In this document: piece after piece, positions 62,705 to 64,000 of the stretch
Layout of the letters: every line of letters starts with the position of its first letter
How positions within the stretch are numbered: the first letter of the stretch is position 1
From: Terriglobia bacterium
Lineage (GTDB): Bacteria > Acidobacteriota > Terriglobia > 2-12-FULL-54-10
NCBI GenBank assembly: GCA_963666975.2
Contig: CAXVYR010000003.1
Span: 96,001 to 160,000, forward strand
DNA length: 64,000 nt
Direction: 5' to 3'
The notes under the pieces: model-generated
Told to the model about the DNA's origin: nothing
What the model saw: the letters and a program-made list of their open reading frames with translations, nothing else
The model's database searches: none
Translations under genes and position numbers: made by a program

Positions 62705-62735
62705 AAAAAAAAGGCGGCCCGCAATGGGCCGCCTT
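62705..62735 (-). terminator. Intrinsic terminator of the surface-protein gene
   Basis: AAGGCGGCCC-loop-GGGCCGCCTT followed by a T-run on the minus strand. Confidence 0.85.
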
Positions 62736-62759
62736 GAGGTAATAGCAAAACAAACAGGG

Positions 62760-64000
62760 TTAATGGCCAGTGCTTTCCGCGATCGTAGGATCTATGGCCG
62801 TAAGCCGCGGGTTGCCGATGATTTGAGGCAGGTAACCCTGAGCAAACGCCCCACCGGTGCCCGGTTGCGGGTTGTTGATGAACGCGAACCCGTGGCACAA
62901 CTGGAATTCAGCGCGTACGATCCCATAACCCAGGAAGGTCTCGCCTAGCATCGTCGATATCACCGCGGTCGCCGTTTCGCCCGGCCCCAAAGCAGTGGCT
63001 ATTGTATACGGGTTTCCCGCAGGTTGAGTTCCGTCCGTCCTCCAGAAGTACATCGTGACATCTCCGGTCTGGCCGCTGGTGCCAATCTGCGGCGGGTCGG
63101 CCGTGGTGTTGGAAACGGTTAGGCCGGAGTCAAAGGCGCCGTCGCCCGTGTTGGGCAGCCAGGTGTAAAGCAGGAAGCAGTCGCAAACCTGCAACAAGAC
63201 GACGTCCCCAGTTTTTTGGTCGTTGGCGGCAAAGACCGGCACCTCCCCAGTGGTAGTCGAACCCCGCAGGGCAACCTTCAAAACGCCTGTCCCCTCCGTA
63301 GTTTGGAGTTTCGTGTCATCCGGCACTTCAAAGATAAAAGTTGCCGTCAGCGTTTCTTTGCTGGAAGTGACGGTCCCTGCGTCGGCGTCGTCGATTATGA
63401 CATCCACGTCCACATCCTGGGCGCCCGACGCCGATACAAAGTCAGAGGTCAAATTATCTGTCAGCGTGCCCAGCGCGGCGGTGGTGGTAGTCGCAGCGAG
63501 AAATCCTGCGAGGGTCGGACCCGCTTTAATTGCTATACCGATTGGGAGATTCGTGAAGGAGAATCGGATCTTGAAATCCTGTTCTGTGGTGACTGTGGCG
63601 GCGCCATTCAAAAGCGATTCGTCCTTCGCGCTGAGAAAGGCCGCGGCAAACTTTTCCTCCACCGTTACCGTCACCGTCAGCTGGCCACCGCTGCCTTCGG
63701 TGATATCGCAGAGCAGGTACGTTACGGTTTTGAATGTCGTATCCGTGGAGGGCGCCGCTTGCACATTGCCTACCGTTAGCGTGCCGACTGAAATCAACGT
63801 AATTGCATTGGTAGCTTGAGACGCCGCAGGAACCGACGCTCCCACGGCTACAAGGACGTCGGTTCCAGCCCCGAGAGCATTTGCGTCAACCCGGGCAGCG
63901 GTAACGCTGATCGAATCACCAGCGGCGCAAACCATACCCTCATCAGTACCCGCGGTTGTGACAATGAGGGTCAAAACGTTCCCAGAGATGCTCTTACTAG
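62760..64000 (-). CDS. Large Thr/Ala/Val-rich surface (possibly S-layer) protein, C-terminal part; 5' end outside window
   Basis: Beta-rich composition; C-terminal LLYTW..FDSGLTVSNTTADP..Q.G..GY....FQ..HGFAFI..QGYL block that I recall from acidobacterial surface proteins. Confidence 0.6.
   Translation of the reverse strand, partial: SKSISGNVLTLIVTTAGTDEGMVCAAGDSISVTAARVDANALGAGTDVLVAVGASVPAASQATNAITLISVGTLTVGNVQAAPSTDTTFKTVTYLLCDITEGSGGQLTVTVTVEEKFAAAFLSAKDESLLNGAATVTTEQDFKIRFSFTNLPIGIAIKAGPTLAGFLAATTTTAALGTLTDNLTSDFVSASGAQDVDVDVIIDDADAGTVTSSKETLTATFIFEVPDDTKLQTTEGTGVLKVALRGSTTTGEVPVFAANDQKTGDVVLLQVCDCFLLYTWLPNTGDGAFDSGLTVSNTTADPPQIGTSGQTGDVTMYFWRTDGTQPAGNPYTIATALGPGETATAVISTMLGETFLGYGIVRAEFQLCHGFAFINNPQPGTGGAFAQGYLPQIIGNPRLTAIDPTIAESTGH

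Overview
A GC-rich bacterial chromosome segment, probably Acidobacteriota (inferred from gene content, not proven). Housekeeping genes include an orphan nuoB, ygfZ/gcvT-like, pdxST, acs, a dksA/traR-like gene, a his operon with a His-rich leader peptide and attenuator, tRNA-His, thiolase plus crotonase, mlaEFD and purQLFN. Accessory content: (1) a 3.96-kb IS1-family cargo element (16-bp TIRs, 8-bp TSD) inserted in a HAD hydrolase gene of the his operon, carrying small basic proteins and a ClpP-fold protease that is itself interrupted by an IS256; (2) an mtrC/omcA-mtrA-mtrB-type porin-decaheme cytochrome locus with two lesions, a stray 86-bp IS256 fragment in mtrC and a homopolymer frameshift in mtrB; (3) a sigma54-type pilin facing a GT2 / methyltransferase / TMTC-like GT-C operon; (4) an ABC ATPase fused to a DtxR-type metal-binding domain; (5) an ABC exporter operon whose middle is replaced by an IS end and an amber-interrupted HEPN gene; (6) a CxxU selenoprotein with SECIS that the ORF track misses; (7) REP/MITE-like repeats, including a 24-bp unit found five times, always inside other hairpin repeats; (8) a self-contained structured RNA / mini-ORF unit. 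All calls come from reading the sequence; no database searches were run.
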